NCBI RefSeq assembly: GCF_001194135.2
Contig: NC_069004.1
Span: 49,805-88,629, forward strand
From: Octopus bimaculoides
Taxonomy: Eukaryota
Direction of reading: 5' to 3'
Length of the DNA stretch: 38,825 nt
Shown here: in pieces, positions 1 through 10,379 of the stretch
How the letters are laid out: every line of letters begins with the position of its first letter
How positions within the stretch are numbered: the stretch's first letter is position 1
Notes under the pieces: generated by a model
The model's input: only the letters and a program-made list of their open reading frames with translations
Databases searched by the model: none
What the model was told of the DNA's origin: nothing
Translations under genes and position numbers: made by a program

Positions 1-584
1 GTGGTGGTGGTGGTGGTGGTGGTGGTAGTTATGGTGGTGGCGGTGGTGTTGGTGGTAATGATGACGACGATACTGGTGGTAACAGTGTTTGTGATTGTGT
101 TCGTGCTTTTGAAAGGAACAAAATTGACAGGACGATTTTTTCCTAGGTTTCTGTCTACGGAATCGGTCAGATTTGGCATGAAGATATCTTGGTTGTGTCG
201 TAGAGAGATGGCGCTTTGCTGAAAATGGTTTTGGGAGGATCGACCCTTTAGTACCATCCTGCGCAGGGACGTTAGCATTGTTCGAAGCGAAATGAGCACA
301 AGCGACAAAACGGAGTCTTAAAGCACACCAAGATGAAACAAACACCTTGAGGTTCTCTCGTTAGGTACAAGGGTCCATTTATGATTGGTACGAGCTCTTC
401 GTAAAGATAATCCAGTCGCCATCATCTCATCTTTTAGGCTTTTTGAGAATAAAACGTTTGATATATTACACTTGAATACATAACATTAATTATACATTAT
501 TATAAATTTACCTTTGAGTGCATAACGTTGGCTATGTATTATTATATTAAATTTACCTTTAAGCCGTCACTGTGATATCTCGCA

Positions 585-1075
585 CTCTAAAAACTGGTAT
601 GAACACCATCCAGAGCCAGTCACTGAGAGAAAAAATGTTACTATCCTATGGGATTATGGGATACATAATACAGACAGGCAAATAAGTGATAACCGACCAG
701 ACATCATCATCAAAGACATAAGACAAAAAACATGCCTGTTAATTGATATGACAGTGTCTTCTAATAGAAACATCTCAGCTAAGGAATCTGAAAATCTGTC
801 GAAATATAAGAACCTCGAGATTGAGATATCTAGGACGTGGCAATTAAAAACCAAACCATCCTTGTTTTTGTAGGTGACATAGGAATGATCAAGAATGGTA
901 GTGACAATTTTTTGGGCCAGATCCCTGGGAAACTAACAACCTATGAGACTCAAAACCTTGTATTGACACCAACCGCCCACATTCTCAGTAAATTTTTAGC
1001 CGTCAAATATATATATGACTTAGGTCTCTCGTTGAGACCCGACCAGAAGATGAAATAAAATGCAATCAATAATAA
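585..1075 (+). mobile_element. 3' fragment of an R4/Dong-like (R2 superfamily) non-LTR retrotransposon, restriction-like endonuclease region, frameshifted
   Basis: Translates with frameshifts to NWYEHHPEPV..NVTILWD..TDRQISDNRPDIIIKD...TCLLIDMTVSSNRNISAKE.E.LSKYK.LEIEI...W.LKT..I.V.VG.IG. The RPD..IDM..K..KY pattern is the RLE signature. Confidence 0.85.
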
Positions 1076-1238
1076 GTGCAGTCGTGGCTGTGTGGTAAGA
1101 AGCTTGCTTCCCAACTACGTGGTTCTGGGTTCAGTCCCACTGCGTGGAACTTTGGGTAAGTGTCTTCTGCTATAGCCTCGGGCCGACCAAAACCTTGTGA
1201 ATGGATTTGGTAGAGGGAAACTGAAAGAAGCTTGTCGT
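1076..1238 (+). mobile_element. tRNA-derived SINE (family A), 5' part, cut by (TA)n and a gap
   Basis: A-box-like TGGCTGTGTGGTA and B-box-like GGTTCAGTCCC; the body matches copies at 8596, 23395 and 25116. Confidence 0.85.
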
Positions 1239-1686
1239 ATATATATATATATATATATNNNNNNNNNNNNNNNNNNNNNNNNNNNNNNNNNNNNNNNNNN
1301 NNNNNNNNNNNNNNNNNNNNNNNNNNNNNNNNNNNNNNNNNNNNNNNNNNNNNNNNNNNNNNNNNNNNNNNNNNNNNNNNNNNNNNNNNNNNNNNNNNNN
1401 NNNNNNNNNNNNNNNNNNNNNNNNNNNNNNNNNNNNNNNNNNNNNNNNNNNNNNNNNNNNNNNNNNNNNNNNNNNNNNNNNNNNNNNNNNNNNNNNNNNN
1501 NNNNNNNNNNNNNNNNNNNNNNNNNNNNNNNNNNNNNNNNNNNNNNNNNNNNNNNNNNNNNNNNNNNNNNNNNNNNNNNNNNNNNNNNNNNNNNNNNNNN
1601 NNNNNNNNNNNNNNNNNNNNNNNNNNNNNNNNNNNNNNNNNNNNNNNNNNNNNNNNNNNNNNNNNNNNNNNNNNNNNNNNNNNNNN

Positions 1687-1915
<229 letters not shown>

Positions 1916-1961
1916 TAATTATTGTATAATAATGATAGTTATGATGACGGTGATGACAATG

Positions 1962-2183
1962 ATCCTTTCTGCTTTAGGCACAACGTCTGAAATTTTGGGG
2001 AAAGGGGTTAGTCGATTATTTCAACCCCAGTAAGTAACTGGTACTTATTTTATTGATCTGGAAATGATGAAAGGCAAAATCGACATCGGTGGAATTTGAA
2101 CTCAGAACATAAAGACAGACGAAATGCCGCTAAGCATTTTTTTTTTCCCCGGCGCGCAAACGATTCTGCCAGCTCGCCGCCTT
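1962..2183 (-). mobile_element. tRNA-derived SINE (family B), near full length
   Basis: Reverse strand reads aaggcggcgagctggcagaatcg...gttctgagttcaaattcc; homologous to 5710-5885 and 38485-38704. Confidence 0.8.
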
Positions 2184-2353
2184 AATAACACATTTGTCAG
2201 CTTATCACTCCGGCTGTATATTTATTTTGGATAATATAAATACATAATCATAAAGTGGGATTATACGTGTGCATACATACATACACACACTCACATTATA
2301 TACTCCCATATGTTTGTGTATGAATGCATATATGTATGCATGTATATTTACAC

Positions 2354-2385
<32 letters not shown>

Positions 2386-2585
2386 GCGTACATATATATA
2401 CACACACACACACGCATATATATATGTGTATTTATGTGTGTACGTATGCATATATCATATACACACGTCCATGCATATATTGGGCGGAGGTGTTGAAAAC
2501 GAGTCTCAGGATGTGGCATGCACAGCGATGAAAACAGCGCGAGGCTGGAGAGAAATAAAAAGCAAATATATAAATATATGTATGC

Positions 2586-2705
<120 letters not shown>

Positions 2706-3778
2706 ATAAAATGGCCGCTCTCTACTCAGCAGCAAAGAGCGCAGCGGCTATCTGAACATATCGACCTGTTTAAAGCTGAGAACTAATATATCACGAATAA
2801 AGCGAAGCAATGTCAGCTAATTGAAGTAAAATAGGCTTTGCTTGTATTCATGATGTCAACAAATGCTCTGACTTATGAGTGGACGAATCGAATCTTTGAC
2901 AGATTTGTTTGTCGGCCATTTTGTTCGAGAGAGAAAGAGCCGCATTATTGTTACTTTGTTTCGTTTTCTTCTTTTGTATTTCTTCTTTTTTTATCTTTTG
3001 TATATATTTTCTGTTTTTCTCTCTTGTTTTTGTTTTCCTATGTTGTTGTTGTTGTTTTCTTTCTTTTACATTGGGAAAAGGGGATCTTTTGCAGAATCAC
3101 TTTGACCGGCCTCTGCGACCCTAAACAATATGGCGGTAGCGATTGAGGGAAAGGTCGATGAATAAGATTATGAATTTGTGAGGGACTGAAGGGAGGTGGG
3201 GAGATAGTGTGGTTGTATGATAATATAGTAAAGGGGCTGAAGGTAAAAGAGGGGTAGTGACTCGATTTGTGGCGGCTGGATTCGGAATGTGGGGCGTTGG
3301 TGGTGGGATAAGAGCTGGGATGTACGACGTTGGACGCTGAACGTATGTTGAAAGATCTAAATCAAACCAGTTGATGATAGAATCTGATAAAGGTTGAGGG
3401 GTGAAGATGGAGGTAGTACGGATTGAAGGAAAGTGTTTAAATGGAAAAGAGAGAACTAAGACACGACGGGGGAGGAGGAGGAGGAGGAGGAGGAGGAGGA
3501 GAGGAAGGATGAAGATGTGAGAGATAGAAATAAGAATGGATGACAGAGAGGGAGAGAGAGAGACGTGGAGAAAGAGAAATAAATCAGAGAATGAGAACGT
3601 ATTATATATATGTATATATATACATATATACACACACAGATACATACATACATACATACACACTAACACACAACACACATATATATGCATATGTGTGTGT
3701 GTGTGCGTATAAATTAGGGTTTGTGTATATATGCATGTTTATATGCATGTGTGTATGTAAACGGAATGAGATAGAGAA

Positions 3779-3824
<46 letters not shown>

Positions 3825-4223
3825 GGGGGATGAGAGAGAAAGAGAGGGGGGATGAGAGAGAAAGAGAGGGGAGAGACAGACGGACGGACAGAAAGGCAGA
3901 CACACAGATCAAGACTGAGTGAGGGAAATAGGAGTACAAACAGAGGGATAGAAAGAAAAGGGAAAGAGAGAGAATAGAGAGAAAGAAAGGGAAAAAGCGA
4001 TATATATAGAGAGAGGGGGGAGGGGAAGAGAAAATGGGAGGATTAGCACCCAGAATGGAATATAGAGAACTCGCATCAGTTCAAAGGTGGCACGGAATTG
4101 TGCGAACCTGACGAAAAGAAAGAATGATTTAGGGACATTGGAATTATGACATCGACAACAACAACAGCAACAATATTAGTGATTTCTTTATAATAAATAA
4201 TAACAATAATAATAATAATAATA

Positions 4224-4258
<35 letters not shown>

Positions 4259-4327
4259 GTTAGTCAGAAGAAATGAAAGGAACTGTTTATTTGCAGGAAA
4301 TGGAATTGAATGAAATACATATGTTAT

Positions 4328-4620
4328 TCATCATCATCATCATCGTTTAACGTCCACCTTCCCTTGCTGGCATGGGTGGGATGGTTTAGCAGGAGCCGGC
4401 CAGGCAGAAACTTGCACCAGACTTCTCTGTCTGTTTTGGCACAGTTTTTATGGCTAGATGCCCTTCCAAATGCCAACCACTCCACAGAGCGGACTCAGTA
4501 CTTTTTATGTGGTACAAGCAGAGCTGAGATCAGTTTTTGGCAAGGCTTCTACAGCTGGATGCCCTTCCAAATGCCAACCACTCCACAGAGTGGACTGGAT
4601 GCTTTTTACATGGCACCAGC
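4328..4620 (-). mobile_element. SINE/LINE 3' tail ending in (ATG)n, with an internal ~100-bp tandem duplication
   Basis: gatgcccttccaaatgccaaccactccacagag occurs at about 4457 and 4557; homologous to the tail at 8800-8897. Confidence 0.7.
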
Positions 4621-4744
4621 GCTTAGGTTTAAGAATTTTTCATCTAGGACTTGATGTTATACTGAGAAAATGAATCCAAGCCTTCTTGTTTCATTCTGCT
4701 CTTAGATAAATGAATGTAAAAACATTTTGTATTTTTAAATGCAG

Positions 4745-4821
4745 ATCTGAATATTCTACAAGCATTCCCATGTCTGAGTAGATTAGGGGACAAAGAAAAT
4801 GCTCCTTTAATTGAGGCTGAG
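4745..4821 (+). CDS. MPND: MPN domain-containing protein (JAMM family), internal coding exon (xLNILQAFPCLSRLGDKENAPLIEAE)
   Basis: Acceptor tttttaaatgcAG and donor GAG|GTGAGT; 77 nt, entering in phase 1 and exiting in phase 0. The peptide matches the vertebrate MPND segment as I recall it (LTVLRAFPCRSRLGD...IEEE). Absent from the ORF track. Confidence 0.9.
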
Positions 4822-4835
4822 GTGAGTTTTCTCAT

Positions 4836-5211
4836 CTTTTATCTTTTATTCTTTTACTTGTTTCAGATATTGGACTGTGGCCATGCTGGGGCACCACCTT
4901 GGAGGGTTTTCAAGTCAAACAAATCAACCCCACTACCTATTTTTAGTAAACCTGGTACTTATTCTATCGGTCACATTCAGCCAAACTGCTAAGATACATG
5001 GATGTAAACAAACCAACACAGTTGTCAAGTGGTGGGGGACAAGCACAAAGACACACACATAGATAGAAACATACATAAAAAGGGTAAATGGGTAAAGGCC
5101 TCCTTTTGGTCATGAATGACCATGGAGTTTGCACCTAGAAAGTTACCATCCGAGGCACAAGTCCAGGCAAGGTTGTTTTATGGAAGGCCAGCAGTCGCCC
5201 ATGCATAACCA
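4836..5211 (-). mobile_element. SINE family A-type copy, antisense in an MPND intron, strongly CpG-decayed
   Basis: tcttttacttgtttcag...ggccatgctggggcacc...ggtacttattctatcggt core shared with copies at 14466, 23395, 25116 and 35685. Confidence 0.85.
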
Positions 5212-5306
5212 GCTATTTCTTGGAGGCCATTATCTGGTTCAGCTCATGGGACACTGGACTCTACATCTGAAAAATATGTGATCATCTACAAAGATAAGCA
5301 AAATCA

Positions 5307-5490
5307 TTAACTCTTTAGCATTTGAACTAGCCATATCCAGCCTCTCACACCTACCCTACAAAGTCAATCTAAAAATAAACAATGGCATCATCAAAATCTT
5401 GAAGCTACAAAATAATGACTGATTAATTGGAAACAATGTGAATAAATAAACATTAAATTTGACAGAATATTCTGAATGTTCTAGAGTTAA
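5307..5490. mobile_element. piggyBac-like MITE with TTAA ends
   Basis: Ends ttaactctttagcatt ... aatgttctagagttaa; the interior is homologous to 9218-9430. Confidence 0.7.
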
Positions 5491-5709
5491 AACATCATCC
5501 TCCACCTTGCACAAACTATTTGATCCAATTCTGTTAGCTTTGAGTTCAAATTCTGCTGAGATCTTGTTTGCCTTTCACCCCTCTGGATCAATAAAATAAA
5601 CTCATAGTGAAAGATTGAGGTTGATTTAATTAATTAGTGCCCCCTCCCACTCATATTTCTGGCCCTGTGCCTATATTAAAAAGGATTCTTATTATCAAAT
5701 GCATGTAAA

Positions 5710-5885
5710 CCTCTGAACCGGTAGAATCGTTACCATGCCAGGTAAAATGCTCAGTTCAAATTTCACTGAGGTCAACTTTATTTTTTGGGGGGCCAATAAA
5801 ATAAGGGCCAGGTGACCACTGGGGTTGATGTAATTGACTAAGCCCCTTCCTGCAAATTTTAGGCCTTCTGCCTTTAGCAGAAAGA
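5710..5885 (+). mobile_element. SINE family B copy, degenerate and CpG-decayed
   Basis: gtagaatcgtt...ctcagttcaaatttcactgaggtcaacttt...aataaaataag..ccag...ctggggttgatgtaattgactaa aligns to the reverse complement of 1962-2183. Confidence 0.7.
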
Positions 5886-6270
5886 ATTATTAAATGTATG
5901 TGTATATATATATATATATNNNNNNNNNNNNNNNNNNNNNNNNNNNNNNNNNNNNNNNNNNNNNNNNNNNNNNNNNNNNNNNNNNNNNNNNNNNNNNNNN
6001 NNNNNNNNNNNNNNNNNNNNNNNNNNNNNNNNNNNNNNNNNNNNNNNNNNNNNNNNNNNNNNNNNNNNNNNNNNNNNNNNNNNNNNNNNNNNNNNNNNNN
6101 NNNNNNNNNNNNNNNNNNNNNNNNNNNNNNNNNNNNNNNNNNNNNNNNNNNNNNNNNNNNNNNNNNNNNNNNNNNNNNNNNNNNNNNNNNNNNNNNNNNN
6201 NNNNNNNNNNNNNNNNNNNNNNNNNNNNNNNNNNNNNNNNNNNNNNNNNNNNNNNNNNNNNNNNNNNNNN

Positions 6271-6303
<33 letters not shown>

Positions 6304-6733
6304 GTATATATATATATATTGTGTGTATGTACGTTAATGTATATGATGTGTGTCTATGTCTTATATATGTACTAACAAACAAAATTATGAAAATGAAAAA
6401 AAGAAAAAAAATATTTACATTTTTATGAAAATCTGCTACAGGCTTCACTTTCTTTCAAATCAATTTAGTCATGCTGTAAGAGCAGAAAATAAATTGAAAT
6501 AAAACAAATTAATCTTTTATGTCAGTTTTGGAAGTTCACATGTTTTCCTTACAAAATTCAAATGGTGTTAGTTGTTAGACTCCTTCTGATGGCTGCTGGA
6601 CTGGATCATAATATAAATTTGCCCATGTGAAACCTCTTAACTTTTACAAAATCTGTATCTATGTATTCCTTCATCTGGAGCCAGCAAGCATTGTATGCAT
6701 TTATATATAAATATATGTTTGTACCTTTTGTAG

Positions 6734-6902
6734 ATTCGACATCGAATGAACAAATCTGGTTTGTCCTTGGTTGGTTGGTACCACAGTCATCCCCATCGTT
6801 CTGCCAGTCCAACACTACGGGACATTGACTGCCAAATGACATATCAACTGAAGATGAAGGGTGTGGGATCCGTATACCATCCTTGTTTAGGTTTCATCAT
6901 TG
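6734..6902 (+). CDS. MPND: MPND exon encoding the JAMM motif (IRHRMNKSGLSLVGWYHSHPHRSASPTLRDIDCQMTYQLKMKGVGSVYHPCLGFII)
   Basis: Acceptor gtaccttttgtAG, donor G|GTGAGT; 169 nt, phase 0 to 1. Contains GLSLVGWYHSHP..P[S/T]..DID.Q..YQ, characteristic of the MPND/MYSM1 JAMM family. Confidence 0.95.
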
Positions 6903-6921
6903 GTGAGTTCTTGGAATACCT

Positions 6922-7060
6922 TTGACCTTTAGCACACTTAGGTGCATCATGCCCCCCATATGAGTTTTCTCCCCTATTGTTACAGGTGCATTGTGTCACA
7001 TTGATCAGGGGAAAAAACTCATACAGCAACATGATGCACCTACAGCATGCTAAAGGTTAA
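6922..7060. mobile_element. Small fold-back MITE (~54-bp inverted arms, TTAA/TTGA ends)
   Basis: The left arm ttgacctttagcacacttaggtgcatcatg...tatgagttttctcccct pairs with the right arm aggggaaaaaactcata...catgatgcaccta..gcatgctaaaggttaa. Confidence 0.75.
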
Positions 7061-7139
7061 TGCTTTTGTTCTTGTTATGGTCCTTCTCAAAAAAGCTGTC
7101 AGCGGAATGTTGTAAATTCAAAAGGAATTTCACAGTTCC

Positions 7140-7610
7140 AAAGTTGTTCTGCCCACCGCAAGGTCGGGTCCTTGATGCCGTGTAGGGACTTATGAGTGCT
7201 GATACGACCGTGTTCATCAATCACTCAAGTCCTTCACTCATTATGCTTCCTCAACAGCTTTCCTCCACTCTTTTCGACTCGTATCATTCCTGCTTCTCTC
7301 GATTCGGATCCCTGGTGTTTCCTTGCCACTTCCTTTTAGATTTTGCTGCGTTGTGTCACATGTTTCCCTGAAGGAATGCCTTCCTCGCCCACCTCTTGCT
7401 ATTCTGTAACAGTGCTTTCTTTTAAATCAGGGTATTGGGTCCAGCACAGATCCATCTCCACTTCTGGAAAGAGATGCTCCATATTAGTCTGTCCTCTGTC
7501 CTTTGACCTGTCCCACATGGAAGCTGCCTACCAGGAACATGTACTCCATTGGGTTTTGCTCTCAGGGTCATTGAGACACACAACCCACCACACAGCAACA
7601 TGGCCCCTGG
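7140..7610 (-). mobile_element. Probable 5' region fragment of an RTE-type LINE, antisense in an MPND intron
   Basis: Reverse strand contains tgtgtctcaatgaccctgagagc...cctggtagg...ggacaggtcaaagg..agaggacagactaa, resembling RTE 5' UTRs as I recall them. No intact ORF. Confidence 0.5.
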
Positions 7611-7924
7611 ATAATAATTTCACCTTTTTACAAGCCAGTGAGGGAACCTCTGCACAGTTGCTTTAATTACTAAAAATAGCAACCAAATCTCCCTTGCATC
7701 ACACCTCACTGCCTTAGGGACATAAAAGAAAGGTTATATTGGACAATATATTCTCTGACATACAAAAATGATGGGATGGCCACATGTGGAACACTTTTGA
7801 TCATAGGGTTAGTTTTCTCAGAATGTTAACCTTGGAATGACTCCTTTTTGACTTTTTTTTTAAATATCAAACTCTCATGTTGAATAACTTTTTTGATTTG
7901 GGGTTTTGTTTTCTCTTTACTCAG

Positions 7925-7998
7925 CTCCCTATAATAAGAGTTCTAAGAAGAAAGAATCAACTTTCCGAGCTTTCTGGGTAATGCCACCCCTTGTCGAG
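7925..7998 (+). CDS. MPND: MPND internal exon (APYNKSSKKKESTFRAFWVMPPLVE)
   Basis: Long pyrimidine tract ending ttactcAG, donor GAG|GTAAGT; 74 nt, phase 1 to 0, which matches the previous exon. The FWVMPP motif is typical of MPND. Confidence 0.92.
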
Positions 7999-8159
7999 GT
8001 AAGTGATGACCACTGGCCAGACTACTGGTTCAATGATTCAACCAATTTGTTTTCTTAATTCAATTCTCAGTCACAGTCAATTAACAACACTCGTTAATTA
8101 AGTCCTTTGCTTCTCCATGCAGCAGCTTCTTTATAGTCATTTGTCATATTAGAAATAAC

Positions 8160-8493
8160 NNNNNNNNNNNNNNNNNNNNNNNNNNNNNNNNNNNNNNNNN
8201 NNNNNNNNNNNNNNNNNNNNNNNNNNNNNNNNNNNNNNNNNNNNNNNNNNNNNNNNNNNNNNNNNNNNNNNNNNNNNNNNNNNNNNNNNNNNNNNNNNNN
8301 NNNNNNNNNNNNNNNNNNNNNNNNNNNNNNNNNNNNNNNNNNNNNNNNNNNNNNNNNNNNNNNNNNNNNNNNNNNNNNNNNNNNNNNNNNNNNNNNNNNN
8401 NNNNNNNNNNNNNNNNNNNNNNNNNNNNNNNNNNNNNNNNNNNNNNNNNNNNNNNNNNNNNNNNNNNNNNNNNNNNNNNNNNNNNNNNNNNNN
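8160..8493. other. Assembly gap within MPND. Other gaps: 1259-1686, 5920-6270, 10989-11088, 14275-14284, 14636-15530, 16332-16765, 17634-18387, 31591-32287, 32837-33140, 36594-36696, 37750-37996
   Basis: Runs of N. Confidence 0.99.
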
Positions 8494-8595
8494 TAGTGCT
8501 TTTATTCCATTTCGTTCTGGAGTTTTTTAAGTGTTTGAAGTGCAGCCCTGTTGTCATTGTTTGATCATGAACCATTTAGGATTCTTAGTTGATTG

Positions 8596-8897
8596 TGTGG
8601 CACCAGGCTGACCAAAGCCTTGTGAGTGGATTCGGTAGAGCAATCTTGAAGAAATACATTGTGTGTGTGTGTATTTGTGTCTCTTTATCTTTGTGTCTCA
8701 TGAGAGCTGTGAGTGAGTGTTACCATCATATAAGAGGATGTCATTTGTGTCCAGACTTCTATGGAAACGTGTCCTGCAATGGAGAGCTTGGAAACAGGTG
8801 AAGGTTGGCAACAGGAAGAGCATCTGGCCATAGAAAATCTGCCCCTAACGATTCTGTCTGGACACGGAGACATTAAAATGACGATGACGATGATGAT
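8596..8897 (+). mobile_element. SINE body and 3' tail ending in (ATG)n
   Basis: gaccaaagccttgtgagtggatt matches the family A body; the tail ggttggcaacaggaagagcatc...ttaaaatgacgatgacgatgat follows. Confidence 0.75.
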
Positions 8898-9017
8898 CAC
8901 ACACACAGTTTGTTAATAAGTCTGCTAATGAGTCTTTTGCCACTTTTTCCAATCTGTATTATTTTTTAATTAACTAAACTTCATTTTTAGCAAATGTTTT
9001 CTTTTTCTTTTTTACAG

Positions 9018-9110
9018 AAAGCTTTGGTAGATTTCTACAAAGGTTCACCAGATGTTGTCCGTTTTTCAAGTATTTGGCACCAATCAGTGACATACTTAGA
9101 CAAAGTAAAG
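9018..9110 (+). CDS. MPND: MPND penultimate exon (KALVDFYKGSPDVVRFSSIWHQSVTYLDKVK)
   Basis: Acceptor ttttcttttttacAG, donor AAG|GTGAGT; 93 nt, phase 0 to 0. Matches recalled MPND LVEFYKGSPDLVR...W....TYLDKLK. Confidence 0.93.
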
Positions 9111-9217
9111 GTGAGTCAAGCATATCGTAACAGAAATATATTAACAGAAGGGTTAAACAACAACTGCAAAAGCCAGTGGAGGGGGGTTAAAATTTCGAAC
9201 AATTGTTATATTTGATA

Positions 9218-9430
9218 TTGAACCCTTTAGCATTTAAACCAGTCATATCCAGCGAAAATATTCTACCAGCTAGGTTCAACATCTCACACCTAGCCTACAA
9301 TGTCATTCTAAAAATAAACAATCACATCATTGAAATCTCAAAGCTCTGAGATAATCCATGATTAAAACAAAACAATGTGAATAAATAAGCATTACTTTTG
9401 AGAGAATAACATGAATGCTAAAGAGTTCAA
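9218..9430. mobile_element. piggyBac-like MITE in the last MPND intron
   Basis: TIRs ttgaaccctttagcatt / aatgctaaagagttcaa (1 mismatch); same family as 5307-5490. Confidence 0.75.
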
Positions 9431-9520
9431 AACCAATATTTAAATGAAGAGAATATGATGTCATCTTTGATTGATGCTTTATTTATTTTATTTATTTTGT
9501 TGTTTTGCTTTCCTAAACAG

Positions 9521-9613
9521 TGGTCCCTCCTGACCAAATTGCCACAAGACCAAGACGAAAATAGTTCTACTTTAGAATTTGTCCGTTCCTTACTGCTAGG
9601 GCTTCGTGTTTGA
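9521..9613 (+). CDS. MPND: MPND terminal coding exon (WSLLTKLPQDQDENSSTLEFVRSLLLGLRV*)
   Basis: Acceptor ttttgctttcctaaacAG, phase 0, TGA at 9611-9613. Resembles the MPND C-terminus (SL..R.P.DQ). Confidence 0.85.
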   Translation, partial: WSLLTKLPQDQDENSSTLEFVRSLLLGLRV

Positions 9614-10070
9614 AAGGAAAGATATGGCACCACCACACACACAAAAACAGGAACGTGAATATGACAGAAGGCTGGATTAAGATTGAAATATAAATTTTCC
9701 TTTATTTGAAGAATCCTTCAAAAGACTATTGGGTCGAAATATAATTATTATTCCTGTATTTAAAAGTGACTCAAAGACCAAGAAAACAACGCTCCACCAG
9801 ATCAGAATATTTATTTGTCACACATTCTCAAAAAAAAAAAAATAATAATTATAATTATAATGATAATTAATTTTAAAAAGTTAAAAAAAGACATTGAGAA
9901 TATTTTGTTGGATAATATTGAATATTCCATTCCAATATCTCTGAGTTGTGGAATAACATTTGACAGTAATAAAGGCATGTATAGAGAAACCCACAAATTA
10001 GCAGCAGACAGCATGATATCTATGATGTTATTATTATAGAAATGTTGTGTAATTTGAAATACAAACCATT

Positions 10071-10076
10071 AATAAA
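10071..10076 (+). terminator. Candidate polyadenylation signal of MPND (second AATAAA at 10276-10281)
   Basis: AATAAA about 460 nt after the MPND stop. The hexamer is common in AT-rich DNA, so support is weak. Confidence 0.3.
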
Positions 10077-10379
10077 TTTAGCAATATTTATGATGACTTT
10101 CTTTTGTTACATATTTCACACCTTAAATACACAATCGCTCTCTCTCTCTCTCTCAATCTCAGTACTTATATATATATATATATATATACACGCACACACA
10201 CGCACATATCCTCTACTAGTCGTTGAGAAGTATATTTTTCTGACATCTCTATGAAATATGTTCAAACAGGTTTCAAATAAAGATTACCTCACAACCTTCA
10301 TTTGACATCTGGGTTGAGCTGTAACAGACAGGGCTATGTGATAAGAAGTTTACTTCCCAACCATATGTATATATATATA

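Noticed and set aside
1076-1150. tRNA genes at SINE heads
   Set aside because: A/B boxes are present but there is no full cloverleaf, and the sequence continues into the SINE body; these are tRNA-derived SINEs.
3121-3690. 189-aa Pro/Thr-rich minus-strand ORF
   Set aside because: Its N-terminus is made of microsatellites, with no domain or credible start; likely incidental.
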